From the NCBI GenBank assembly GCA_048940645.1, contig JBHLOI010000006.1, positions 32,001 through 96,000 of the forward strand: a stretch of DNA of 64,000 nt, read 5' to 3'. How positions within the stretch are numbered: position 1 is the first letter of the stretch; the number at the start of each line of letters is the position of its first letter. The stretch comes from Promethearchaeota archaeon. Its GTDB lineage: Archaea; Asgardarchaeota; Lokiarchaeia; Sigyniarchaeales; SOKP01. The translations under genes were made by a program, and so were the position numbers. Shown here in pieces: positions 10,101 to 19,384 of this stretch. The notes beneath the pieces were generated by a model that made no database searches, was not told the origin of the DNA, and worked only from the letters and a program-made list of their open reading frames with translations.

Positions 10101-11583
10101 TCAAATATATGCAAGATGGGGATCATATTATAATTTTTCATACTTTATTTTGGATGAACAAATAGTAGTTGATTTTGAAAGTGGTCCTGTACCTCGTGAA
10201 ATTAGTAGAGGTCAAACAATTTTCAATTTGCATGGATATGTAAATGATTCTTTTAATCGTTCCCCTATAAAATACGCAGAAATTTCTGTACATCTTTATG
10301 ATCTTTCTGAAACAGAAGTTTTTGGTTATTTAATACACGAAAGTGGTTCACTGCAGTTGGATGACACTGGTGAATTTGATCTATATTATTCAGTTTCAGG
10401 CTCAACACCAGATCAAAACTATACAATTAAAGTAGAGTTCAATGGAATTTTCTTATATTCGTATCCCCCAAGTAATAATCCATACGATTTCTTTTTATTT
10501 CTCCCTAATTTCTATGATATAGTAAATGCTTCTCATCAGCTTAAAGTTAATGATCCAGATAATCTTGATATTTATTTAGCAGTTGAAGGAAACCCAACTT
10601 TACCATTTTATGACAATAGTAATCCTCCTGAAACATACGGATTTGGAGAAGTAGCACATATCCAAGTTACCGTTGTTCATATTGAAGATATTTTTAATAG
10701 AGAAGTAAGAATTTATGATGATTACGATAATACTCTATTAAATTCTTCTATCTTTACAATCCATGCTTTTACAGGATTTATACAATTTAATATTCCAACT
10801 ATTAATTTCCACGCTGGATTAAATAGATTACGAGTAGAATACCACAGTTTTGCTACTATTAACACTACTTACGTAGTGGTAAATGAAACTATCACAATAA
10901 CACCAAGCCCAACTTGGTATTCTGTTTTACGGAATTTTGATAGTTTCTATTTGAATACATACATCCAAGATGGGACTATTGATTTAAATGGTTTGGAAAT
11001 TACAATATTGTTATTAAATAGTACTTTCAATGATGTCTCATTTTATCTAAATATCGCTGGACCTCAAACAATAACAGTATATAATGGATATTATCAATTC
11101 AATATTAATTCAATCAACTTAAATTGTCCTGAAGGACAATATTATCTAATAATCGAGTTTTATGGAAATATTTTCGATGCAGGAGTTAGTCTATTTAATT
11201 ATATGGGCTATGAAAGTAGCTCACTTATTCCTATAAATGTTAGTGCTGGAACTACACTTTCAGGAAATTATGATACGAGAGTTGTTAAGGATCAATTTTA
11301 TGAAGGAGATGACTTATATGCCTATGGTTATTTAAGATGGGATAATGGTACTGGAATTGCTGATATGCTTGTCAACGTCACCATTCGAGATAGCCTTGGA
11401 GGGATTATTGCTAGTGGTTTTGGAACTACCGAAAGTGATGGATCCTTCAATATTACAATCGTTATTGGAGCTGGTTGGCCAGATAATGCTGAAGTATGGG
11501 TAAGTTTTTACCCAGAAGATAATTTTCCTGCTCCAAGATATTATTTTATAAAATCAAGTGAACAACAGTTATTTAGACCTTAA
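7126..11583 (+). CDS. Large membrane-anchored surface protein: transglutaminase-like (TgpA-like) domain plus four ~235-aa beta-rich repeats
   Basis: N-terminal TM helix; TgpA-like FDEYTGDGW; TG-core pattern KQGVWSDFASAFCVFCRIFGVASRFVDGF...YNWAEIY...WVQMD; internal repeats (VDFNGT/IDFNGT/VEFNGI/IEFYGN; NFSYFIL twice). Confidence 0.85.
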   Translation: MSEFREDLLISPINKKRLIGIFLVTILLISLFAFSVLLYSLLFGTQRPFPSDLLSEAEYEEGNPVFIPIPFNWSDIFDNLNLSQDQLQDLLDSLQDMFDGDIDDLDLGNFSQSILGLLASEIEVFRVFYYNDINAMTNKLWKYECFDEYTGDGWHSTASTQNYNFYSYNDWLTYHSDKDLLKIKIPLTPTLGINSMVAPTLFPNPYVIDGSIFAPNMVLTPPDDPKLYKDDFNSTTMDLTFTSEADVNMSYYMFGLNLPSNDDINNSAVEAMYTPPVIQNRYLQLPLTLNAYLTNNYFVNQIFVTLNNTIKEYDNAFVVANKIRNYLQTYFTFPIDPNSYNPAPPGRDVVDWFCETKQGVWSDFASAFCVFCRIFGVASRFVDGFNSFGIQEMFDPFEGANGFAIKYKNLYNWAEIYVPSDFLGNGQWVQMDIIFDSFGTGGNPVTGGDYNISVYTDQPFPAVYYRPDIANITAYLTSITEPIDNIGITFRDVSSGELLGIDYTDIYGQASILVNINDSKVVGHHLIEARVNPVIANYTLFTIPGDIKVELTLVSPTMVNRSDTWPDITNVTGYVYDPVANKRVKDAEVNFKLLQYGTNNEIFNAFIPSTQFTDPNGEFSEILNVNPSVPAGQYEIRVDFNGTWMLPIFYVPFTSIVPITNSSQRWEFNITKALSLYFYINSFPANDPNNPLVYRDDPLILTARVMLENVGPVQGKRVFFHDWTRGRIELGSDISDVNGFASITIPANNSFTAGPNLLFARYRMQENFSYFILNEEPTIFAIGPYPREINRTGSGNSNTIFNIQGDITDSTNGNPLRNCELRLRLLRGGLDYSSYLIPSEYFWSRFDGSFDWNFEVASNTPIGNYTLRIDFNGTLDYSGHPIYPYFFNLPLSDLETSYLLPNELSVSSLATLSFNFWINGTTSYDYNQPIINYNDHLDLSVYLTWGGAPIGDGEPIDFYDVTQDFFIGTAFTNLGFAQILYSTDFFTIAGPHQIYARWGSYYNFSYFILDEQIVVDFESGPVPREISRGQTIFNLHGYVNDSFNRSPIKYAEISVHLYDLSETEVFGYLIHESGSLQLDDTGEFDLYYSVSGSTPDQNYTIKVEFNGIFLYSYPPSNNPYDFFLFLPNFYDIVNASHQLKVNDPDNLDIYLAVEGNPTLPFYDNSNPPETYGFGEVAHIQVTVVHIEDIFNREVRIYDDYDNTLLNSSIFTIHAFTGFIQFNIPTINFHAGLNRLRVEYHSFATINTTYVVVNETITITPSPTWYSVLRNFDSFYLNTYIQDGTIDLNGLEITILLLNSTFNDVSFYLNIAGPQTITVYNGYYQFNINSINLNCPEGQYYLIIEFYGNIFDAGVSLFNYMGYESSSLIPINVSAGTTLSGNYDTRVVKDQFYEGDDLYAYGYLRWDNGTGIADMLVNVTIRDSLGGIIASGFGTTESDGSFNITIVIGAGWPDNAEVWVSFYPEDNFPAPRYYFIKSSEQQLFRP
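8470..11240 (+). repeat. Four degenerate ~230-243-aa tandem protein repeats (probably paired Ig-like domains)
   Basis: Equivalent motifs NYTLFTI (~8734), NFSYFIL (~9424), NFSYFIL (~10132) and NTTYVVV (~10861) are spaced 690, 708 and 729 nt apart. Boundaries are approximate. Confidence 0.75.
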
Positions 11584-11603
11584 TTACAAAATTTTCTATA
11601 ATA

Positions 11604-13187
11604 ATGAGAAAGATTTTCAAAAACAAAAGAATCATTGGAAAATTAGGTAAAAAAAAGGGAAAGTTAGCTTTAGGTCTATTTTTTTCAATTCTATTTTTGT
11701 TTTGTTTAAATAGTTTCAGTACGAATTTCCCAACTAATATTGACAATAAAAATTTAAAAAAGTCCGGGATATGGGCAACCTTAGATTTAATTGACATATA
11801 TAATGTAAATAATTCTCGACATCCTCATAATAGCTTAATACAGATTTATGGTAGGTTATATAATAGGATATGGGATGATGGTAAACAAGGATATACAGTA
11901 GCCTTAATAATTGATGGAACATTATACCCGGGAATAAATGAGATTACTGATTCAAATGGGTATTTCCAAATTAATTATAATGTTAATATTGATCATTTTT
12001 CTTATGATGTTTATTCCCCTCATACAATCGAAGCTGAAGTTACTAATCCAGTTCCTCCGGACAATGTAGAATATCGTACACATTTACTAATTTTTGTAAA
12101 TATTTCTTCTTATTTTGATGTGCAGGATCCTTCATCTGCATTTTTACATGATGAATTTTTTAATTTTGATGGTCATTTAAATTTTCAAAACGGAATGGGA
12201 ATCTCTAATGCATTAGTTAATTATTATTGGTATGATGGTTCCACTATTGTGGGATTGGGTTCTTTTATTACAACAGGATTGGGTCAAATCCCGTATGATA
12301 CTATAACCATCCCATTTGTTGCTGAAAATGATCTTATTATAAAGTTGAACTACTCTAACTCTCCATTTATTGGTTATTCAGAAGCAGTAATTTTTAATAC
12401 TAAGATTTTTTCAGATATTTCCTGCTTATGGAATTTACCCACTACTATTACCGAAAATAGCAATTTAAATATTGCTGGGCAATTAGTATCAAGCACAAAT
12501 CCCTCCATTTTAATTAATAATAGAGATATTGATATATATTATAATGGATCTTTTATTGGAACAGATAGAACAGATAATAATGGAGATTTCTCTTACGTAT
12601 ACCCCCTCCCTGCAGGATTAGGACTTTCTAGCCTAAGAATTGTTTTAATTGGGAGTGGCCTAGAAACAACTCGATATATTGATATTGAAGCTCAGCAACC
12701 AAGTGGACCTTCAACCCCAGGTGAAACCCCCTTCTTTATGTTTATAACAATTTTTTTACCTATATTAGCTGTTGTTATTGCAGGATTATCATTTTATGGT
12801 TATCGTTATTATAAAAAACAAGATAAGCTTTCAAGGGTAATTAATCTCCCTCTTGAAAGTAAAATAATAAATCTTAAAATTTTAAAAGATTCTGGAAGAT
12901 TAGAAGAATCTTTATCTTACCTTTTTAATGCAATTTATATGGATTTAGTAAATGCTAAATATGGAAGAACAAGAGAAATTAATGAAACAATAAGAGATTT
13001 TGCGATAATTAGTGTAAAAGATTTAAAATTAAATCCTACCACCATTTATCCTTTTATTCAAAAAATTGAACAAATTATTTATGCTAAACCATTTCAAATA
13101 TCTGATCATGATTTTTATAAGACTGTAGAATTATTTTCACCAATTTATTTACAATTAACGGGATATAATTTTGTATTGAATTTTTGA
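11604..13187 (+). CDS. Signal peptide + beta-rich extracellular domains + TM + cytoplasmic DUF4129-like domain
   Basis: Basic/hydrophobic N-terminus; TDSNGYF/TDNNGDF Ig-like motifs; TM FFMFITIFLPILAVVIAGL; C-terminal ETIRDFA...KIEQIIYA. Confidence 0.75.
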   Translation: MRKIFKNKRIIGKLGKKKGKLALGLFFSILFLFCLNSFSTNFPTNIDNKNLKKSGIWATLDLIDIYNVNNSRHPHNSLIQIYGRLYNRIWDDGKQGYTVALIIDGTLYPGINEITDSNGYFQINYNVNIDHFSYDVYSPHTIEAEVTNPVPPDNVEYRTHLLIFVNISSYFDVQDPSSAFLHDEFFNFDGHLNFQNGMGISNALVNYYWYDGSTIVGLGSFITTGLGQIPYDTITIPFVAENDLIIKLNYSNSPFIGYSEAVIFNTKIFSDISCLWNLPTTITENSNLNIAGQLVSSTNPSILINNRDIDIYYNGSFIGTDRTDNNGDFSYVYPLPAGLGLSSLRIVLIGSGLETTRYIDIEAQQPSGPSTPGETPFFMFITIFLPILAVVIAGLSFYGYRYYKKQDKLSRVINLPLESKIINLKILKDSGRLEESLSYLFNAIYMDLVNAKYGRTREINETIRDFAIISVKDLKLNPTTIYPFIQKIEQIIYAKPFQISDHDFYKTVELFSPIYLQLTGYNFVLNF

Positions 13188-13286
13188 TTAAAAAAAAAGA
13201 AAATATGGCAAAAAAAATAAGATAAAAATAAAAACTTGAAAAAAATAATTTATTAAAATAGAAAAATATACTGAAAGGGTTTTAGT

Positions 13287-13667
13287 ATGGTAAAAGTAAA
13301 GAAAAAGAAAAAGGAACCAGAGCCAGAATTAGACGTGACACAAAGTTTTGAAAATGTTAAAGTTTTAGTTCAAACGGAACGATCCACTGAAGCTATTGCT
13401 TATATATATCTTGTCTACAACGATTTAGTTAGAAAAAAATTTAAAAAACCTAGATTAGCCCATCAAACAATTCGCGAATATGCTATTACTTGTGTTAATG
13501 AATTAGGGCAAAAACCTGAAGCTGTGTATCCCTTCATAAAAAAAATTGAAGATATTATTTATGGGGGAATAGAACCTACCAATAAAGAACTAAATTTCAC
13601 AATAGAATTATTTTCAAACTTGTACAATGAAATTACAGGTAAAAAATTACGAGCTGTTAGTTTCTAA
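13287..13667 (+). CDS. Stand-alone DUF4129-like protein, paralog of the C-terminal domain of the upstream gene
   Basis: QTIREYAITCV...YPFIKKIEDIIYG...ELFS aligns with ETIRDFAIISV...YPFIQKIEQIIYA...ELFS. Confidence 0.75.
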   Translation: MVKVKKKKKEPEPELDVTQSFENVKVLVQTERSTEAIAYIYLVYNDLVRKKFKKPRLAHQTIREYAITCVNELGQKPEAVYPFIKKIEDIIYGGIEPTNKELNFTIELFSNLYNEITGKKLRAVSF

Positions 13668-13719
13668 AATTTTAAGAAAATAAAGAAATAATAATTTAAA
13701 TTAAGAAGATTCAAGAAAA

Positions 13720-15471
13720 ATGGCAATTAGTGGGAAAAATAAAGGAAGAAATGTAAATTTATCGAAAGGGATACTTTTAGTATTCGGGACTATATTTCTA
13801 ATATATTTTGGTGTTTTCATTTCAGATTTTATCGAAATTTATCAAATAAACCATCCTGGTGAAGTACCCCCGGTTTACTTAAGTTATATTCCCTTTGTAT
13901 GTTATATTGGAGCCATTTTCTTAGTAATAGGGTTTGCTATTTTTCTTCGTAATGTTTATGCACAAAAGTCAAGAGAGGCTCTCTCCCGTAAAAAAATCCA
14001 AACTGGTTCCATTTACAAAGAAGCATTACTACTTACCATTTTTATTTTTATTTTAATCCCATTAATAGGACCCATTTTTGATAAAGGAGAAAATAACCAC
14101 AATTTCTCAATCTATAATGATGAGTGGAATGGTGCTTCTGATTATAGAATAGCTCTTGAGCAGGAAGGATATGATGTTATGTCAATACAAACTAGCTTAA
14201 GTGCAACTCAACGCTTAAATAAATCGGTTTTATTAATATTGTTAGGTCCAAATCAATTTTATAATCCGTTATTCGAAGTACCGTTCTTTGTAGATTTTTT
14301 TAGTAATGAAACTAAAAATTCAATTTTGATTTGCCATGATCATGGTAGCACCAGCACATTATTATGGGAAATTTATATTGCGAGTGCTTTAGATCCAGAT
14401 ATCCAAGGAGTAATTCCCGTAGCAATTTTCCCTAACGGTATATTGCGAGATAATGATTCTTATGATACGCGCCCAGATTTTCCCGTTATTGATGAATTTG
14501 TTGATCATCCCACAACTAATAGTATAGATGATGTAATTCTTTCACACTCATCTAGTGCACTTGGCAAACCGTTTACTGATTTCTTTGGGTGGGATGTGAT
14601 AGGTTCTACTTCAAAATATGCTTATGTTGATAAAAACGGAGATCATATGTATAAATTTGAAGATGATTATGTAGATTTGAGCTTGATAACTGCGTTTATT
14701 CCTGAGTGGAATTACACTAAATGGCCACTAGCGGGATACTATCACGCTGTCTTTATGGCCAAAGATCTCACTGCTTTTGGTGGAAACGGTCGAGTTTTTG
14801 TGTCTGCTGATGCTAGTTTATTTAATAATGAATTGATTAATCATCCAAATTATGATAATCGTCAATTTGGGATAAATATAGTAGACTGGCTTACTTTTGG
14901 AGAAGATAAGAACAATTGGGTTATTGCATTTGATGAAGCTCATATCCGCCCTGAATATTCAAGAGATTTAACTTCTGCTGGACTTTTTGGTTTTATTATT
15001 CAATATGTTGTTCACCTTTCTACCAATCCAATTACGGCTTGGATATACCCTCTTCTAGCAGTCTATACATTAAGAAAGTATTTACCAAAAAAAGATGAAA
15101 AAGCAGAAAAAAAGAAAGCAAAAAAACAAGAACAAATAGAAGAACGAGAAAAATTTAGAACTTCCTCTTATTTTGCCCAAAAAATTGAATGGTTTAGGAA
15201 TAAAAGTGAATATGGTAAAGCTCTAAAATTATTATATAGAAGATTAGAGCGGAAATTAAATGCCCAATTAGGTGGTGGAACCATAACAACTCAAAGTGTT
15301 GTTGATTTGGCAATTTCTAAAGATCCTAGTATCAATAAAGTAAAAATTAAAAGAATTTCTAAATTTATGGATAGAATATTACCTATTAAAGAAGGAAAAT
15401 CTAAGGTTAAAAATGTAGAAGATTTTGAAAACCTGTTCTTTGAGATGGAATGGGTTGTGAATAATATTTAA
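13720..15471 (+). CDS. Membrane protein with DUF4350 (GldG/IFT52 GIFT-like) domain
   Basis: Three N-terminal TMs; FSIYNDEWNGAS; GRVFVSADASLFNNELI...DNRQFGINIVDWL; FDEAH; a further TM; position immediately upstream of moxR. Confidence 0.75.
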   Translation: MAISGKNKGRNVNLSKGILLVFGTIFLIYFGVFISDFIEIYQINHPGEVPPVYLSYIPFVCYIGAIFLVIGFAIFLRNVYAQKSREALSRKKIQTGSIYKEALLLTIFIFILIPLIGPIFDKGENNHNFSIYNDEWNGASDYRIALEQEGYDVMSIQTSLSATQRLNKSVLLILLGPNQFYNPLFEVPFFVDFFSNETKNSILICHDHGSTSTLLWEIYIASALDPDIQGVIPVAIFPNGILRDNDSYDTRPDFPVIDEFVDHPTTNSIDDVILSHSSSALGKPFTDFFGWDVIGSTSKYAYVDKNGDHMYKFEDDYVDLSLITAFIPEWNYTKWPLAGYYHAVFMAKDLTAFGGNGRVFVSADASLFNNELINHPNYDNRQFGINIVDWLTFGEDKNNWVIAFDEAHIRPEYSRDLTSAGLFGFIIQYVVHLSTNPITAWIYPLLAVYTLRKYLPKKDEKAEKKKAKKQEQIEEREKFRTSSYFAQKIEWFRNKSEYGKALKLLYRRLERKLNAQLGGGTITTQSVVDLAISKDPSINKVKIKRISKFMDRILPIKEGKSKVKNVEDFENLFFEMEWVVNNI

Positions 15472-15538
15472 ATTATAAAATTAAGCATGATAACCAAATT
15501 AAATTAGTTAAAAAAAATAAAAAAAAAGTGAAAAAAAA

Positions 15539-16519
15539 ATGGAAGCCCCAGATAAAGCAAAATATTATGAAAGAGAGGAACTTGATGTCGCTCCTATTCG
15601 AGAGATGGCCCAAGAAGTTTTGAGTGAGGTTTCACGAGTAATTGTCGGTTATGGAGAAATCTTGCAAGAACTCTTCATAGCTCTTCTAGTAAATGGACAT
15701 GTACTTCTTGAAGGAGTACCCGGTCTAGGAAAAACCGTTATGGCCAAAACTTTTGCTAAGACACTTGGAATTGGTTTTAGACGTGTTCAATTTACTCCCG
15801 ATCTTCTTCCAGCAGATATAACTGGCACGAAAATCTTTTCTCAAGAAGAAGGGACATTTGTACTTCAAAAAGGACCAATTTTCGCAAATGTGGTTTTAGC
15901 AGATGAAATAAATAGAAGCGCACCAAAGACTCAAGCGGCATTATTAGAAGCTATGGCTGAGCGTCAAGTAACAATAGAAGGTCAAACTCTGCTTTTAGAA
16001 AAGCCTTTCATAGTTCTAGCTACTGAGAACCCTATTGAAATGGAGGGTACTTACCCTTTACCAGAAGCACAATTAGATAGATTTCTCATGAAATTATGGC
16101 TTGATTATCCTGAAGAGGATGGAGAGGTAGAAATTATGAGAAGACAAATTTCTGGTGAATCCCCCTCTGTAGAACAAATTACAAGCGCTCAAGAAATACT
16201 TGCTGCTCAGAAACTAATGAATCTTGTTTACATTGATGACAGAATACTGAAATACATTAGAGATATAATTCTAAAGACACGGAGCCACCCACAATTAAGT
16301 ATGGGTGCGGGCCCAAGAGCTAGCTTGGTATTAATGAAATGTGCTAAAGCACGAGCATCGATTCTAGGTCGTCAATACGTAACACCCGATGATGTACGAG
16401 CGTTAGTAATCCCTGCCCTCAATCATCGTATTTTATTGAAACCAGAAGCAGAGTTGGAAGGTTTAGATGTTATGTCAGTAATTAAAAACATCATAGAAGA
16501 AATACCTATTCCAATCTAA
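15539..16519 (+). CDS. moxR: MoxR-family AAA+ ATPase (MoxR-proper type)
   Basis: HVLLEGVPGLGKT, RVQFTPDLLPADITG, LADEINR, ATENPIEMEGTYPLPEAQLDRF. Confidence 0.97.
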   Translation: MEAPDKAKYYEREELDVAPIREMAQEVLSEVSRVIVGYGEILQELFIALLVNGHVLLEGVPGLGKTVMAKTFAKTLGIGFRRVQFTPDLLPADITGTKIFSQEEGTFVLQKGPIFANVVLADEINRSAPKTQAALLEAMAERQVTIEGQTLLLEKPFIVLATENPIEMEGTYPLPEAQLDRFLMKLWLDYPEEDGEVEIMRRQISGESPSVEQITSAQEILAAQKLMNLVYIDDRILKYIRDIILKTRSHPQLSMGAGPRASLVLMKCAKARASILGRQYVTPDDVRALVIPALNHRILLKPEAELEGLDVMSVIKNIIEEIPIPI

Positions 16520-16598
16520 TTCAAGACACTCTATCATAATAAATTAAAAAATTGGAAAATTTTTTATAGGAAAATAATTAAAAGAATGGTGAAATGAA

Positions 16599-17927
16599 AT
16601 TTTTGGAGGAAAAGGAAGAACCTTAATCCTATTTTCAGTGTTTTTTCTGACAGCTGGATTTGCATTTGTAAATTATTATTTGATCTATTTCGCCATTCTA
16701 TTATTATTTAGTACAATAATTAGTCTACCAGTTTTTTATTGGAAAATGAATGTAGAAGAATTACGTGTACATCGTGAGTTAGAGAAAGAAAAGGTCTTTA
16801 AAGATGATTTTGTTCATGTAAAAGTAGTGGTTGAAAATACTGGAAAAAGCAGTTTTGATTTTCTTGAGATTCGAGATTATTATAATCCCGAACTTTTTAG
16901 ATTAGTACTAGGAGAAAATTTTATTTCTACCCGTATTGGTCCCAAAGGTTTAATTAAATTCTCATATGTTCTTGAGCCAAAAGTTAGAGGAGAATATCCA
17001 TTGGGTCCACTCTCAATTACTGTAAAAGACAGACTTGGTTTTAATTCAGAAGAACGAATAGTTCCAGAGAGTGTTTCAGATATTTTAGTTTATCCCCCTT
17101 ATGAAGATATTAAAAAAATTGAAATTTTGGGATCTAAAAGATCTCTGCAATTAAACTATGGTTTACAAAGATCTAAGCAAAAAGGGCTCGGTTCAGAATT
17201 TTATGGGATGAGGAAGTATGTTTTTGGAGATCAATTCAGGCTAATAGACTGGAAAGCAAGTGCCCGTTCTCAACAATTAATTGTAAAAGAATATGAGAGT
17301 GAACGAGACATCACTGTCATGATCATTGTTGACTCGTCAAACTCTATGGCAGGAGGTGCTATTGAAAACACAAAATTTGAATATGCTATAAGAGCATGTA
17401 TGCTTTTAACAAAAGTTGCGCTAACACGTAGAGATAGCGTTGGAGTATTTGCATTTTCAGATAAAAAAAATGTGCACTTTTTAAAACCAGGAAAGGGAGA
17501 AGATCATTTCTATCAAGTATTAGATTTTGTGGCAAAAATTAAACCTGAAGGAAAAAATAGAATGGTCGAAGCAATGGATTATTTTATAAGACGTTTTCAA
17601 AAACGCAGTTTAATCTTCTTTATATCAGATTTAGAATCACCTATTAAAGAAATAAGTCAAGGTATAAGAAAATTGGTGCCATTCAACCACTCGATTATAA
17701 TTGTTAATCCTTTTAGTCCTTGGTTTGAGATTCATGAAATTGATTTATCTACAACCGATAAAGCTTTAGCAGAAGCCATAAGTGAAGAGATGATGGAACA
17801 TATACTGAAGATTAAGCAAGATATTCGAAATCTCGGAATTAACATTGTAACAGTAGGTCCTGATGATATGATGAACCAAGTATTAGGTAATTATATGGAG
17901 GCAAAGAAAAAAGGAAAGGCGTTTTAG
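16599..17927 (+). CDS. DUF58 / vWA-domain protein (MoxR partner)
   Basis: GSEFYGMRKYVFGDQFRLIDWKASAR, VKEYESE, MIDAS-like VDSSNSM, FISD. Track start is GTG 16638, but the frame is open back to 16593 and ATT 16599 follows a GGTGA SD. Confidence 0.9.
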   Translation: MFGGKGRTLILFSVFFLTAGFAFVNYYLIYFAILLLFSTIISLPVFYWKMNVEELRVHRELEKEKVFKDDFVHVKVVVENTGKSSFDFLEIRDYYNPELFRLVLGENFISTRIGPKGLIKFSYVLEPKVRGEYPLGPLSITVKDRLGFNSEERIVPESVSDILVYPPYEDIKKIEILGSKRSLQLNYGLQRSKQKGLGSEFYGMRKYVFGDQFRLIDWKASARSQQLIVKEYESERDITVMIIVDSSNSMAGGAIENTKFEYAIRACMLLTKVALTRRDSVGVFAFSDKKNVHFLKPGKGEDHFYQVLDFVAKIKPEGKNRMVEAMDYFIRRFQKRSLIFFISDLESPIKEISQGIRKLVPFNHSIIIVNPFSPWFEIHEIDLSTTDKALAEAISEEMMEHILKIKQDIRNLGINIVTVGPDDMMNQVLGNYMEAKKKGKAF

Positions 17928-17929
17928 AT

Positions 17930-19378
17930 ATGGTGAGATATTATTTACAAATTTTAAAGATAATCAATGCTCTGATGTTTGTTTGGTTAATATTAGTTTT
18001 TCTCTCTATATTCAACTTTAATGAAGTTCTTTTTACATCTGGTGGTGAATTTGCTTTATTTTCGTTTATCGACAGTATTAAAAACATTTTTACGCTCATT
18101 ATTTTTGCAGGAGCATATATAATAGCAATAGGTTGTGCTTTCATCGCAACTTCCGTTTTTCTTCCATTTATTAATCGAGACTTCATGTTTAGCTTCATAG
18201 ATGGCTTTTTTAAAAATTTCTTAAATCTTTGGTTCACTTTCCCTAATGAAACTACACCAGATTTAAATCAAATTCCAGATTTGATTCTAAATGAAGTTTC
18301 AATCTTCTTTGGAGATTTTTATTTAATCCTTTTCCAATTACTATTTGTTATTTCAATTATTTATGCAATTAGAACACTTTTAAAAACAAATCCAAAACAT
18401 GACTTAATTGCTGTAGGAGCTTTAGTTCTAATGATTATAGTACCCTTAATTTTTTCTGGTTTTAATGAACTTTTAGATTTATTTCATGTTTCAATTGAAT
18501 ATCTGGAAGATTTACCAAATCCTTTAGACCCATCTTTAAATTCAATTCCAATAAATAATTTCTTTCTTTTTCTGGCAAGTCCAGTCATACTACTCGCAAT
18601 TATATCCTATATGTATATAGAATTAGCATTTCAAATTAATTATACAGAAACGGTTACAAGACCTTCATTAGAAAGAAGTAATAGACTAGAAATTCAGTTA
18701 GAAATTTTGAAGAGTGAATCCCATTATATTACTGCAAACGTAGAAAAAATTAAAGAGGAAGCCAAAGGTAGAATGGAAGAGCTGGAAATTGGAGAGAAAA
18801 CAACAATAAGTAAATTTTTTGCCAAAACAAGTGAAAAATTTTCATATATCAAAGAAATGATTGAAAAAAGGAAATTAGAGGAAGAAGAAAAAAAATTAGT
18901 GACTGCAGCATCTAAAACAAGACGACTGGGAAGATATGTCGAGAGACTTTATCGTGAAGATATTGAAGCTCAAGATACATTAACAGCGAGTTCATCTGCA
19001 CCTAGAGCACAAAGTTTGGCATTATCCACTTTTACAAATATTCTAATTCGTCTTGTTGTACTTATCATCATAAGTTTCATAATTATTCATCCAAAATGGT
19101 TCTTAGAAGATGTATTTAACTTACCCCCAGCAATCACAGAGAGTGTAGTAATGTATTCACCAGAAATTATATTACTCATATTATTACCAATAATGTTAAT
19201 TTTTCCAATTGTATCTAAAATTATTTCTTTTGTTAAACATAGGAATTTAATTATCAGATTACAGCAAGAGGGAAGAATCAAAGAAATTTTAGCCTCTGTT
19301 GGAGATTATGTAAAGAAAGAAGAAATAAAAGAAAAAGAAGCCAAAGAAGAAGTTAAAGCAGAGGAGGCAGTTACATAA
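17930..19378 (+). CDS. Multi-pass membrane protein with cytoplasmic coiled coil, last gene of the MoxR operon
   Basis: About 7-8 hydrophobic segments and a charged helical loop (EKRKLEEEEKKL). Starts 2 nt after the DUF58 stop. Confidence 0.75.
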   Translation: MVRYYLQILKIINALMFVWLILVFLSIFNFNEVLFTSGGEFALFSFIDSIKNIFTLIIFAGAYIIAIGCAFIATSVFLPFINRDFMFSFIDGFFKNFLNLWFTFPNETTPDLNQIPDLILNEVSIFFGDFYLILFQLLFVISIIYAIRTLLKTNPKHDLIAVGALVLMIIVPLIFSGFNELLDLFHVSIEYLEDLPNPLDPSLNSIPINNFFLFLASPVILLAIISYMYIELAFQINYTETVTRPSLERSNRLEIQLEILKSESHYITANVEKIKEEAKGRMEELEIGEKTTISKFFAKTSEKFSYIKEMIEKRKLEEEEKKLVTAASKTRRLGRYVERLYREDIEAQDTLTASSSAPRAQSLALSTFTNILIRLVVLIIISFIIIHPKWFLEDVFNLPPAITESVVMYSPEIILLILLPIMLIFPIVSKIISFVKHRNLIIRLQQEGRIKEILASVGDYVKKEEIKEKEAKEEVKAEEAVT

Positions 19379-19384
19379 TCATAT

